Shown: piece by piece, positions 34,501 through 48,100 of the stretch
Numbering within the stretch: the first letter of the stretch is position 1
Layout: every line of letters starts with the position of its first letter
Assembly: GCA_950097015.1 (NCBI GenBank)
Contig: CATNEN010000038.1
Coordinates: 27,342,001 to 27,406,000 of the forward strand
Direction of reading: 5' to 3'
Length of the DNA stretch: 64,000 nucleotides
Source: Macrostomum hystrix
Taxonomy: Eukaryota; Animalia; Platyhelminthes
Notes under the pieces: generated by a model
What the model saw: the letters and a program-made list of their open reading frames with translations, nothing else
The model's database searches: none
Told to the model about the DNA's origin: nothing
Translations under genes and position numbers: made by a program

Positions 34501-37500
34501 GGATTCCTATCGGATGGGCGATCGGCTCTATCGGCTGTCGTTTCGGTCTCCGCGACTAAATTCGGCGAGGCTTAGCGGCTCATTGACAACAAAATGCAGG
34601 CACGACTATATTGGCTGCGTGCTGCTCTACGATAGCCGCAACGCTCTAGCCAACCTGCAGGAACTGGCTGCCACAGCGCCGCTGCTATTAGAGGCTCAGC
34701 AAATGCTCACAGGTTTGTGCCGCAAAGAATTTAGACTCTTTGGGGCTGCTCTTTGGAGTCATAGCCAATAGAGACCTTTGATGTGCCGCCAACCCCATCG
34801 CCTCAGTAGTTTCCTTTGAAGTGCCGCCAAACCCATCACTTTGATCGTTTCCTTTGATGTGCCGCCAACCCCATCACTTCGATGGTTTCCTTTGATGTGC
34901 CGCCAACCCCATCACTTCGATGGTTTCCTTTGATGTGCCGCCAACCCCATCACTTTGATAGTTTCCTTTGATGTGCCGCCAACCCCATCACTTCGATGGT
35001 TTCCCTCGATGTGCCGCCTACTGCATCGCATTAATAGGGTCCTTTGATGTGCCGCCAAGCCACTTCCATCAGTAGGGAACTTTGAGAGGCTTTTTAATTA
35101 GTGATAAGGCTAAAACACAGCTTCATGCATTCAACTGTTTAATCACCAGTGCGCACCGGCTCGGAGTCTGTCGACCAGCCCGAGAGCGAATACGAGTGCC
35201 TAGTACCCTCGGCTTCGCCATCCCCGGCTGCCTCGCTGAAGGAGTCCGACGAGTCATTTTATCAATCAACTAATTCCACAGCTAACCAACTAGCTAGCGT
35301 CAGTAACGACAGCAGCAGCAGCGTCGCAACACCCCCTGCCAAGCAGCTATTGAAGCCTAACAACAGCCTCGGCACTAATTCAGAGTTTCGCATTATTGTG
35401 GCCTTTTTAACTGCAGTCCCATCTGCAAAGTTAACTGGCGACAATGAGTCAACAGCCGACAATGGGACAACTAATAACAACGAATTTCTGGAATTGAAAT
35501 CCGCCGGCCTTCGATTGGCTAGCCGATTGAATGCTCACTATCTAGTTGTTGAAGGCGGCGGTGGATTGGCTGCCGCGGATCCGGCCGAACTGTTGGCCAG
35601 ACTGGCTCTGGAGCATCTCCTGCCTGCTAGCTTCTACAGACGGACACCGGATATGCTCTACCTGCGCAGGTGTGTCCGACCATGCGTCTATCTCCCTGTT
35701 CGAGCTGTCAGTTCTGTGTGTGTGTGTGTGTCTTCTGTCTTTCTGTTTAATAATAATGATAAGTGCAGGAGGGCTGCCGGCAATAGCACATCATTTAGTG
35801 ACACTAGACCCGCAGCCAGCGAGGAGGCAATTCTGCTCATTTCGCTGACTCCTGAGCACACACGCACACAGATACTGTACGCAGGCACTTTTTCTGTGCC
35901 ATGGAGATTGGCCCTTACGGGCGTAAATTGCACGACAAGCCCTCAAGCCTTCTCTCGGCGGCTGCACCCCAAATAAATGTGGCCTCGCCGTGGAATCGAA
36001 CTTAGGGACCTTGGTGCGAGAGGCAAACGCGTTAACCGCTCTGCCACTCACACCATTTACCTTTCTGTCTACTCTAGCTGTGTGTTCTGTGTGTCTATTT
36101 TATCTCTCTGTACATTCTTGCTGTCAATTCTAGCTTTCTAAATATTTAAAATCCTTTGTTTTGTAAAGAACACTTATTCTTTGAAATCCCCTATCAGAGA
36201 CGCCTGCCAGTTGAGCCTAATCTGTGTCCTAGCCTGCGGCGACAATCTCAGTGTGGCTCGTGAGCGTCTAGCCCGTCTGGTTGCAGCCATTGCCGGCGGC
36301 CGATCGAGTGCCTGCGCCTATCGAGGTCGCAGCCTAGCTGTGGAGCTGTGCTCACGCCGACTGCTCATTCGCCTGGCCTCATTTCACACCGCTTGGCGGC
36401 TGTGCGATTCCCACGCATTCCACGGTGCCTTATTTGCCTATTCACCTGAGCGGAAGGCCTCGATAGCTTGCGCTGAAACCTTAGCTAGCAATATATCCCA
36501 CCGAATGCCCGTGACTCTGATCGCTTTGGGATCTCATCAAACCGACGGTGATCAGCTGGCTTCTCTCCGAGATAGCGGCGTCCGATTTGTGCAGCTCGAC
36601 ATTGGCGGCAGCAGTTGGTTTGCGGATTTCGCCAACGAATGCCTGGCCGCCAAGGACCTGACCGAGCGTCGGTTTCAAGATCGCTTCCCGGCATTTGTGG
36701 CCGCTTCAACAGGCTGCAATTTTCCTGATTCATTTGTCTCGCCGCAGCCGCCGCCGCCGCCGCAGCAACAGTTATCCACGTCGATTAGTCAGTCCAATTC
36801 GCCCTGCAACGGTAATAACAATAGCAGCAGCGCGTATTACGATTGCAACGATGACCATGACGACGGAGAGGACGATAATTCTGTCTACTCCAGCGCCGAC
36901 TCCATCGGTGGCAGCGCTCAGAAGGCGCCTATCTATTCTTGTCCGACTTTGCCTTCGCGGCCTCCGCTAGCTTCGCAGGAGATCTGCGAGGTGTACGCCG
37001 ATCCGCCAGACGCTCGCCAGTTGATGCATCATCGACCTAAATCGTCTTCAGACCCAGTTGGTGACAATGCCGAGTCCACCTACGCTTACACCTGCAACGC
37101 ATTGCCACCGGGTACTTATCGATTAGTGAATAGCAGGTCAGACTATTGTCATCAGCAGCCGGTCACTTCGTCGGCTTCGAACAACCAGCCGCTGCGCGAC
37201 GATCATCAGTCCGAGCGTCGACGTTCGCACAGCGGCGACAGTCAGCGGCAGCCTCAGCCAGCTGCAACGGTGACAGTAACAGCTGGGAAGCCGAACAAGT
37301 CTGTCGCTAATTCATTCTTTAACCAGGCTGCCACAATTCACCACAGTCTGGCTAGACTGGCTAGACTCGGTTACAACAACAGTAATAATAACAATAATAC
37401 TACTAGCAGTAGTCAGCCTCACAAAGTCTACCTAGCCGTGCCGGCGCCGCCATTGACATTGGCCGATTTGGCAATCTGCACCGATTCGCGCCAGCTATCG

Positions 37501-38142
37501 CCAGCCGATGGCCCGGTGCCGCAGCTGGTTGTAACCTGCGTTGAATTTGTTGAACGCGAGGGCGGCCTTCGCTCCGAAGGTGTCTACAGATTGTGCGGCA
37601 ATGCCACTGAGACCTCGGCCGTCATGGACCTGCTACTGCGAGAACCCAATAGTAACCTGGCCAGTCTCAAGCCCAAGCCGTCAATCTGTGCTGTGACCAG
37701 CGCTCTCAAACAGCTCCTAATGAAACTGGAACCGTCGCTTATACCCGGCCGTCTACTTGGCGGCCTACTCAAGGTCACGAGTACGCCTAGACAATATCCG
37801 AATTTTCAACCGAATGTCACCTATTTTCTAGTGAATAATCTTAGCCAACCAGCGCTAGCCTGCCTGCGTTACATTGTCCAGCACCTGCATAGGATCAGCT
37901 GTCATGCTGCTGATAACCGTATGACATCGGCTAATCTGGCTGTCTGTTGGATACAGACTCTGCTACCAGCTAGCGATCCTAGGATTAGCCTGGCCTATCA
38001 GGACCAGCTGCAGACTCTAATTGACACCCTGATTCGTTATCCGAATCTGCTCAATCCGCTGCCAGTTGTGAGTAGCGAATCGTCGACACTGATTGACGAT
38101 AAATCTCCAATACCACCGCCGTTGCCATCTAGAAGACTGTGA
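28563..38142 (+). CDS. p190RhoGAP (ARHGAP35/ARHGAP5 family); exons 28563-28772, 29110-29427, 29925-30253, 30513-30735, 32778-33320, 34070-34712, 35150-35669, 36198-38142; about 1576 aa
   Basis: N-terminal GTPase-like domain GVGKSCLCNRFVRP...HWLYWG...EQTEFVND, FF-like helical region, C-terminal RhoGAP with arginine finger EGVYRLCG and NRMTSANLAVCW; all seven introns GT-AG with consistent phases. Confidence 0.92.
28822..28973 (-). mobile_element. SINE family A internal fragment (p190RhoGAP intron 1)
   Basis: Core and hairpin module match the other copies. Confidence 0.75.
30770..32700. repeat. 30-bp minisatellite filling p190RhoGAP intron 4
   Basis: GAGTCTAATTGGGGCAGGTGAGGATTATCT, about 64 units. 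Confidence 0.98.
33399..33668 (+). mobile_element. tRNA-derived SINE family A, near full-length copy (p190RhoGAP intron 5)
   Basis: A box TGGCAGAGCGG, B box-like GCTCGATTCC, shared core GGGCCAACCTCCAAGGCACAGTGAGAGTGTACAC and 3' region GCCTCCTCGCTGGCTGCGGGTCTAGTGTC repeated across the window. Confidence 0.85.
34776..35058. repeat. 38-bp minisatellite in p190RhoGAP intron 6
   Basis: TTTGATGTGCCGCCAACCCCATCACTTCGATGGTTTCC, about 7 units. Confidence 0.9.
35750..36051 (-). mobile_element. tRNA-derived SINE family A copy with (ATT)n tail (p190RhoGAP intron 7)
   Basis: Reverse strand has GAGTGGCAGAGCGGTTAACG and GTTCGATTCC, same core and 3' region as the 33399 copy. Confidence 0.85.
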
Positions 38143-40880
38143 TATATATGTGTGTATATATTATTGTTTACCTTGGACACAGTTTGGCAAATTTTAGCGC
38201 ATATGTCTCATTGTGAGTTTGTAAGGCACTTATTTTACGGAACTAATATATTGCTATTCAAACTAACGTCTTCTTCTATTTGTTAAAACGAGTTTCGTTG
38301 CTTAGCGAATCACGATTTTTGCTTTTTTTCATCTCAGAGGCAAGCTGTGTTGTTATAACACACGGCATGGAGATTTTGCTATATTTTGGTCTACAAAGAT
38401 TAGTACATGATTCGCTGCTTTGCGAATCATTTAAGCAGCTATTTTAGTTTAAGCACAAGTGCACATACTTAAACTAATGTTTACATCTGACGAGACGTTC
38501 TTTTTTAGAATGACCTTAAGAATTTCCCAGCCTTTCATTATAAATGAATGCTATAAATAGACAGTGCAGAGCTGTCACGTGACTGTTAGTTCGTCCGATT
38601 GCGGCCGTGTGTGTTTTGTGGTTTGTGCCGTACAGTGTGTTTTTGGCTAATTTGATTTAACAACGTTATCTTAACTGATACTCGAACGTTATAAATATTT
38701 TCACTGTGCAATTAATCCCTTATCTTGACTACATTTTATAAATAGAAAACCGTCAAAACTAATCAGAACGATTCTGATTGGCTGGTCAGAGGCAGCGCGA
38801 AGGGTAAGAGAATTAGCGCGGCGCGGGGTGGATGCTAGAACCGATGACACTAACAGCAGCCCTGTACCCCACTATAGGGTAAGATAACAAGATAAGCATC
38901 GAGTGTATTCGCACGGTAGTAAAATTTAGAATCGTAAAAAAGTTCCAATCGGACCACTAAAATGCCAAAGCACTTTTATTTTGTTGTAAAATCTATTCAA
39001 GTTGGGGGAATAAAAACAGGACCCATCTTACGGGTCCCTGTCCCATAACTGGCTCTTCCGCAAGCACTTTTATTTTCTAATCCGTAATCTCAGAATAATT
39101 CAATTATATACTGCTCTTTTATTAGCTTACGTCATTTTCTTGTGCAAACCACTTTTTTAATTGCCATGTAGATTTATCTTGTCAAGCAAACGTTTTATAT
39201 TTTGTTATTTGAATAAGGCGTTCTCATTTTATACAATAAGTGCATTATTATATATTTTAATATTCTGCTTGTAGTCCTGCAGCTCCATTATTCGCAATTA
39301 TTGGCTTTACACATTTTAGCTACCACATTAATTATGTGTAACATTAGTAGTTTGCCTTTGTTTTGTAATGTCTGCCACTATTACATAATAGTAGCATGTA
39401 GCTTCGTAAAGCATCCAGTTGGTTTTTTTGTTTTTTTAGATATTTATCTTCCTTGCCTTTTCAAAGCCAAAAAAGTGTTTCCAATTTTTCGTTTGATTTG
39501 CTTAACTTTAATTAGTTAATTACTGTTTACTTCACGTTACTGGGTTTAGACACCGATTATAGATCGTCTTGCCATTTTTATTCTATACATATCGGGAAAG
39601 CGTTTAGATATTATTGCTTTTTTGTTTGGTGTCGGTCCACAAACATTTTCGCCAATTTTAACTACTTGCAGTAGCGAACTGGAATATAATTTTCCTTTAT
39701 TTATTGCACGTTCTTTAAGTGTCAGAAACCCCAGGCCCCATTTTTGTTTATATTCTCGCCATAGGCGTTTTTCCTGTTTAGTTTATTTTTCGCATTTTAG
39801 AAACGGAGTTTAAAGCTAGCACATAGTCATAGCTGTTGTGTGATAAACCATGATAAACTAACCAGCCGAACACGGCCATATGCTGGATATACTGAAAACC
39901 AGTTTAGTAGCTGGCTAGTGGCGTATTGCTTTAGGACACAAAATTGTTTTCGACACGGAGCCTAAGACACGGAGCTCTGAATCTAGAAACTGACACAACT
40001 TTGCGAATTAATGTTTTAACGATGACGATTTTCGTATTCCTAAAACTTTATTTAAGCACAGCTCACTAGACAAAACAGGCAGACGCACATGTGTCCTAAA
40101 ATGTAGAGAAGTTATTCAGTTTTCTAATAAATCACTTCAAACCTTAAAATACATGCACGAGTCTCAGAAATCTATATGCCCCCGTGTCCAAATTCCATTG
40201 AGTTTAAGGCCGCTCATTCGCTTTTTTGCTTCGTTTTTTGCTTCCTTTGTCTAAACTTTAATTAGACGCTTGAACTGCCTATACACTCCACCAATGGAAG
40301 CGGGTGCCAATCTATTTTTTGTTGCTAGCTTTCCTTTTCTTTAATATTAGCTACTATGATAGTTTTTAAGCAGCATAACAAATTTGTGTCAAAAAAAGAG
40401 ATATTTTTCGTAGTGTTTCTTTTTCAAAGTAAAACTCCGTTGAAACGTTTTTGTGTGCACATTTTCTCAGTTAATTGTTGTTTTTTAGTTTTTGGACAAT
40501 CTGGGATTATTCGCTTTCTTAACTTGAATGTCAAATAAATATATCTATAATTATATTATCTATTTGAAAATATGGTGGTTTCTGGAGACACTCAGCACTT
40601 CTGTTTAATGTTGGCGTGTCTTGAAAAGATATTCTGTATCAAAAGTGTGACATAAATTTCTTCGATAGTATTTTAAAGATGGAATTGTAGATTTTCCGGA
40701 CAAAAGAACGGAATGAGAATTTATGGATAGTTGAGTAGATTTTTGATTAGTGAATCCAATATGTGATTTACGATTCATAAATTGTCAACGCATTTTAATA
40801 TTCAAGTGTTGGCGGGATCGATCCGTAGAGAATGGGTCGAATTGCGGTCTCAGATTTTAAATATCGCTGATAGTTCCTCA

Positions 40881-41147
40881 ATAATAATAATAGTTGCAGG
40901 AGGGCTGTGGGCAATAGCAGTGGCATATCATTTAGTGACACTAGACCCGCAGCCAGCGAGGAGGCAATTCTGCCCATTTCGCTGACTCCTGAGCACACAC
41001 GCACACAGATACTGTATGCAGGCACACGCTCACACAGGTGTGTACATCCGACCTGACTTTCTCATCGTCAGGCAGTGTACACTCTCACTTTGCCTTGGAG
41101 GTTGGCACTCAAGATAGTAAATTGCACGACAAGCCCCCAAGCCTTCC
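40881..41147 (-). mobile_element. SINE family A copy, 5'-truncated, with (ATT)n tail
   Basis: Near identity to 35750-35950 over the 3' region; contains the GTGTACAC hairpin module. Confidence 0.85.
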
Positions 41148-41261
41148 TTAATTCCCTAACTGAGTACAATAATGTCCCTGATTACTCATAATCACGAGCT
41201 TAGTCGAATAGAAAAAGCCAGCAAGTTTAATCTAAGTGTAAAAGCCCGGCTCTTTGTTTAC

Positions 41262-41772
41262 TTAATTGCACGGGGCCTGGGGCACTTGACGCACAAGCGC
41301 AGGAACGGCATGCCTCCAGGCCGGCGAACTAGGCGGAAGTCGCCCATCGCGCCATCTGGACCGGACTCAGGCACCTCATACACAGCAGCAAGCCAAGCGG
41401 GAAGGGGGCGGCAGCCGGAGTGCCTCTCACCCCAGGCCCGCGCACGCACAGAGAGCAGACCAAACCAGGGGAGGACTTAGATGCCTGAAGGGTTGGGACG
41501 AGAGTACACATTGGTGCACACCCGCCCCACTCCCATACAACGCCTCACACCCGGCCCAACACACAAACACAAACACAAACGCAAACGCAAACAAGCAGGC
41601 ATACAGAAGGCAGGGGTTAAGCTATTTTAAATTAGCTTTGGTTGCACAGAATAAGGTGCATCTCCGCAAGTCCCTACTACTCCGCAAACCTCCAACTAAG
41701 CCCCGAAATAATCGTGACTTGGAGGGAGGAACGAACCATCGACCATTGGAAAGTGAGGCAGCGACATTAGCC
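41262..41772 (-). mobile_element. tRNA-derived SINE family B copy 1
   Basis: Collinear with 51645-52390 (GGGGCACTTG.CGCACAAGCG, CCGGCGAACTAGGCG, AATCGTGACTTG, GAGGCAGCGAC.TTAGCC). Confidence 0.7.
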
Positions 41773-42105
41773 CCAAAAATGCCGTTTTTTATAATGAGCC
41801 TTCTTAAAGCCCAGAGACCTGTTAAAGGCGCACAAGCAGAGAGCCTTATAGGCCAGCAAGTGTGCATGAGCTGAAACCTGAAACCCTACACACACCGCAC
41901 TAGAGCAGAGGATAGGCAAAACTGCGTAAGAGGTTAGTGTGTGTGCGTAGGGTGTGGGGTCCAGAATTGCACTTGGCCCCGAAAGAGTACAATAAATAAA
42001 CTGAGGGCGTTTATGAATCATACATAAATGCAGCGGTGCTTTCCTGTTGGTCTCTCTGCACTTCGCAAATTATTTACTGATGACTGCTTTGGACGCCTGT
42101 ATACT

Positions 42106-45100
42106 ATGGTAAGCAGCTCTGTTAATTTTTTGCAAACGCTTATTCAGTGTTGGGCGCGTTACTCGTTATTAGTTACCGATTCGGTAACGATCGTTACTTT
42201 TTTGCAACGTAACGAAAATGATGGAAACGAGTCCTTACCTACGTTTCCGTCCTAGCGTCGTTTCGTATGGGCGTCCTTTCGTACGGGCGTCGTTTCCGAA
42301 AGAAATTGGTTATTTAAGTAATTAGCCGCACTGTTCATCATTTATTTTGCTTCATTAAAAAAGTTTTAAACTGTCTATTTTTTATTTTAGAAGTCAAATT
42401 TATATATTTAGTCATTATATCTTTTATATCTGTGTTTTACTTAAATATATTTCGCCTGCATTTTGATTAGAAGTTTTTTATTGCAAACTTTAAATTTCGC
42501 GAAAATGTAAAGGTCAATTTATAGACTGACTATATTCTGGTACTTTACTCTGACGACAATCTGACGACGGAATTGCATTGTTAATTGCCTGCCATGACAA
42601 ATAATTCTCATACGAGCTAATTCCAGTCGCAATACTTACTTCTGCCACCCTTTTCAAAATGCACAGCTTTTGCTGAGTATGATGTGGGCTGTAGTTCGAA
42701 TGCGTTCCCTATAATTAATGCAAGGCCTTTTAATGCCCCGGCCTCATCAATAAACTTTCAAAAACTTCAAAACCAAAAATGCAACATTTCTCAAAGCCAC
42801 AATGCCACACGTCTTAAAGTTTAGAAGCCTTTTTACGTTGATGGGGTATAAAAAACAATGAGGTAAACGACACCAGCATGCAGTGCCAGTGCAGGTCATG
42901 ACGGGCGATGTCATTATTCTCGGACATTGATCCACGGGATCAGAGAGAAATCTCAGAGACAATGAAAAGCTTCCTGATAATTTGTTCGTTCAATCTCGGG
43001 ATAGGAAAATGTCCGAATTTGTGAACACTTGTAAAATTGAAATGCTGAGTATTGAAAATATCTCCGCCGGGCAAATCTCGGCGGGTAAATCTCGTGCTCC
43101 CGTCTAAAAAGTAGACGATTTTGGAGATAACAACATAAGATGTGAGTAATGAGCAGCTACGTGTATTTATGACATGCTTTTACTTAAAAAACAGCAGATT
43201 TATGGTAAAAGTGAAAAAAAAACTGAAAGTAACGATTAAAAGTAACGACCGTTTTTTATTGGTAACGCGCCCATCACTGCGCTTATTATATGCCGGCAGG
43301 ATTTGACTGCGCTAAATGTATGCGTTAGAAAAGCTGAAGGCGTCTCCCCAGTCCATGGACTGAACTGCCGTACGCAGCCTTCAGATGCGCTGTATGTCCC
43401 TAGCTTTAGCCCTATGTCGGCTGCACATCTGGCCCCATAATAAATAATAATAATTGTTATTATAAGTTCAGAAAGTCAGTATTGATCTTTGGCTTAAAAA
43501 ACGCCTGCTTTTATGACACCTCACTCGACACGAGCAGTCAGTAGCATCTGCATTCAGCATTGTGCTTATCGGCTCCAGCGGAGTTGGCAAGTCTGAGATC
43601 GTCAGGAAACTCTACGCCGCTGTGAACCCGACTACCGAATTTGCTGATTCTTCTAATGCCTTTCTGGAAGCGGTACACCTGAAAGCGGTGGACGTTGCGC
43701 CTGGAAAAACCGTGTCGTTGACAGTTTACGATACTTCTGGAGCGGTGAGTTGCATTAGGTTAGACCATTAGAGTCAAGTTTGAGTTCAACGAAACGAGAT
43801 AAAAATTGAGTCCTTTTCCTAGCTCCAGCCCTATGGAAGCTGGTCACTTTCCCTAGCTCCAGCCCTATGGAAGCTGGTCACTTTCCCTAGCTCCAGCCCT
43901 ATGGAAGCTGGTCACTTTCCCTAGCTCCAGCCCTATGGAAGCTGGTCACTTTCCTTAGCTCCAGCCCTATGGAAGCTGGTCACTTTCCTCAGCTCCAGCC
44001 TTATGGAAGCTGTTTCCTTTCCTTAGCTCCAGCCCTATGGAAGCTGGTCACTTTCCTCAGCTCCAGCCCTATGGAAGCTGTTCCCTTTCCCTAGCTCCAG
44101 CCCTATGGAAGCTGTTCCCTTTCCCTAGCTCCAGCCCTATGGAAGCTGGTCACTTTCCTCAGCTCCAGCCTTATGGAAGCTGTTTCCTTTGCTTAGCTCC
44201 AGCCCTATGGAAGCTGGTCACTTCCTTAGCTCCAGCCCTATGGAAGCTGGTCACTTTCCTTAGCTCCAGCCTTATGGAAGCTGTTTCCTTTCCTAGTTAA
44301 AGCCCCTATGGAAGCTGTTCAATCTATGGAAGCTACCAATCTTATCGACAAAATTATCGTTCAACCAGGCCCTTGAAAAAAACTGTTTCCCGCAGCAAAA
44401 AGACATTGGCAACACAGTGTTCACAGTGAGGCAACACTCGCCGCATGCCATTGTGTTGCTGTTCTCTCTGGTGGAAGCTCGCTCGTTCATAGCACTGCCT
44501 GACTGGCTGAAACGACTGAATGAATTCTGCTTCAGGCGCATCTTTTCCAGACCCGGATCCGAACTTGATCGCCCCAAAATCTTTCTTCTAGGCAATAAAA
44601 AGGATCTGATTTCAAATGCTAAACATGACCTGGCCGTGTCTCAGGCACAGGTGGACGAGTTTCTGTCGAAGAACCAGATAATTCGCTACTTTTCTATGAC
44701 TGTATTCGAACAATCGACCGAAAGTGTGCTGAGTATTTTTGAGCAGATTGCTCAAGAATTGTTGCTGCTCAATGAGCAGGGCTTGCCAAAAGCTAAAGAA
44801 AAACCAGGTGCTGCTTTGAAAGAGAGCGTTGTCTGCGCGCAAGACAGGTTAGTGGTCTTATTATTAGCAACATGTTTCACATAACTTTTAGCCACTCTAC
44901 TTAATTCATGATTCACTCCAATACATGATTCACTCCAATACATGATGCACTCCAATACATGATTCACTCCAACACGTGATTCACTCCAATCTGTGATTCA
45001 CTCCAATACATGATTCACTCCAATACATGATTCACTCCAATACATGATTCACTCCAACACATGATTCACTCCAACACGTGATTCACTCCAATACATGATT

Positions 45101-48100
45101 CACTCCAATCTGTGATTCACTCCAATACATGATTCACTCCAATACATGATTCACTCCAACACGTGATTCACTCCAATCTGTGATTCACTCCAATACATGA
45201 TTCACTCCAATACATGATTCACTCCAATACATGATTCACTCCAATACATGATTCACTCCAACACGTGATTCACTCCAATCTGTGATTCACTCCAATACAT
45301 GATTCACTCCAATACATGATTCACTCCAACACGTGATTCACTCCAATCTGTGATTCACTCCAATACATGATTCACTCCAATACATGATTCACTCCAATAC
45401 ATGATTCACTCCAATACATGATTCACTCCAACACGTGATTCACTCCAATCTGTGATTCACTCCAATACATGATTCACTCCAATACATGATTCACTCCAAT
45501 ACATGATTCACTCCAACACGTGATGCACTCCAATCTGTGATTCACTCCAATACATGATTCACTCCAACACGTGATTCACTCCAATCTGTGATTCACTCCA
45601 ATACATGATTCACTCCAACACGTGATTCACTCCAATCTGTGATTCACTCCAATACATGATTCACTCCAACACGTGATTCACTCCAACACGTGATTCACTC
45701 CAATACATGATTCACTCCAACACGTGATTCACTCCAACACGTGATTCACTCCAACACGTGATTCACTCCAACACGTGATTCACTCCAACACGTGATTCAC
45801 TCCAACACATGATTCACTCCAACACGTGATTCACTCCAACACGTGATTCATTCCAACACGTGATTCACTCCAACACGTGATTCACTCCAACACGTGATTC
45901 ACTCCAACACGTGATTCACTCCAACACGTGATTCACTCCAACACGTGATTCACTCCAACACGTGATTCACTCCAACACGTGATTCACTCCAATCTGTGAT
46001 TCACTCCAATACATGATTCACTCCAATCTGTGATTCACTCCAATACATGATTCACTCCAATACATGATGCACTCCAATCTGTGATTCACTCCAATACATG
46101 ATGCACTCCAATCTGTGATTCACTCCAATACATGATTCACTCCAATCTGTGATTCACTCCAACACATGATGCACTCCAATCTGTGATTCACGCAACTCGA
46201 ATGACTACACTACTGGTCACTCTGCTCAATGATTCTGTGAGCTCATGCGCGACCTTTTGCGCCACTTCTAGTCAGACGATGCAGTCAGGAGCTATCCGGA
46301 AGTCGTCTGCCAAATCGCTGAAGCAGCTTGCGCAACTGCTTGAGAGGCCGCTTGAAGCTCAAGACGAATCGGGCAGGTCGCCACTCGCTCTAGCTTCGAT
46401 ACAAGGCAATTTGAGCATCCTAGCTGTTCGAGCTGGACTAGCGGCTACTTCGCTTGAAAAAACACAATCGGTAAAAAATTTAGTTAACAATCCGGACAGC
46501 GCCGGTATGACACCTATGATGCTAACAGTTGCTAATGGTCACGTTATTACGATTGCCGAGCTGCATCAGATGGGAGCTGATCTGAATATAACGGTGAGAA
46601 TAACCAAAGCATATACTGCAACAATCTCCCATTGATTCAGCAAGATTCTGAAACTATATTAATATCACTATACCGATGTTCTCTCGAAAATTCCTTGATG
46701 TCGACTCGTCGATTCCTTGATTTACATAATATGAGCTGTTTAAGTTACGAGCGCAAAAGTATAGTCTACACACAACAAAGTGTAGTGCTCAGTGCCCTGG
46801 CACCACAGATTCCTTGATATCGTCTAGACGAGTCCTTGATGTTCTCTCAACAATGCATTGATGTTCTCTCGAAAATTTCTTGATGACTTGGGAATAAATT
46901 CATTGATGTTCTCTCGATGATGATGATGTCGTCTCGAAAATTTCTTGATGTTCTCGCGACAATTCCCTGATGTCGTCTCGACAATCAATGCCTTGATATT
47001 ATCTCGAAACTAACTGTTTTGTCGACAATTCCATGATTTTCTCTCGACAATTCCGTTATGTTTCCTTGATAATTCGTTCGATTTCCTTGATGTTCATTCG
47101 ACGATTCCTTCTTGATGTTCATTCGACGATTCCTTGATATTCATTCGATGATTCTTGATGTTCATTCGACGATTCCTTGATGTTCATTCGACGATTCCTT
47201 GATGTTCATTCGACGATTCCTTGATGTTCATTCGACGATTCCTTGATGTTCATTCGACGATTCCTTGATGTTCATTCGACGATTCCTTGATGTTCATTCG
47301 ACGATTCCTTGATGTTCATTCGACGATTCCTTGATGTTCATTCGACGATTCCTTGATGTTCATTCGACGATTCCTTCTTGATGTTCATTCGACGATTCCT
47401 TCTTGATGTTCATTCGACGATTCCTTCTTGATGTTCATTCGACGATTCCTTGATGTTCATTCGACGATTCCTTCTTGATGTTCATTCGACGATTCCTTCT
47501 TGATGTTCATTCGACGATTCCTTGATGTTCATTCGACGATTCCTTGATGTTCATTCGATGATTCCTTGATGTTCATTCGACGATTCCTTCTTGATGTTCA
47601 TTCGACGATTCCTTCTTGATGTTCATTCGACGATTCCTTGATATTCATTCGATGATTCTTGATGTTCATTCGACGATTCCTTGATGTTCATTCGATGATT
47701 CTTGATATTCATTCGACGATTCCTTGATGTTCATTCGACGATTCCTTGATGTTCATTCGACGATTTCTTGATGTTCATTCGACGATTCCTTGATATTCAT
47801 TCGATGATTCTTGATGTTCATTCGACGATTCCTTGATGTTCATTCGACGATTCCTTGATGTTCATTCGACGATTCCTTGATGTTCATTCGACGATTCCTT
47901 GATGTTCATTCGATGATTCTTGATGTTCATTCGACGATTCATTTATGTTTACTCGACGATTCTTTTGTGTTCACTCGACGATTCCTTGATGTTCGACATG
48001 ATGTGACGCTCTACAATACGTACCTTTCTTACTTCATTTTAACTTGTTATGGACTCAGTTTATTTACTTAGTACAAACAGTACTAACCATGTCATTTAAA

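Noticed and set aside
38550-39900. Possible additional transposon or promoter (GTCACGTGAC palindrome, CTGATTGG boxes)
   Set aside because: No termini, TSD, ORF or second copy in the window to support a call.
41038-41080. Hammerhead-like string CTGACGA..GAAA.GTC on the minus strand of SINE A
   Set aside because: No room for helices II and III and helix I does not close at the cleavage site; better explained as a CCTGAC/GTCAGG hairpin.
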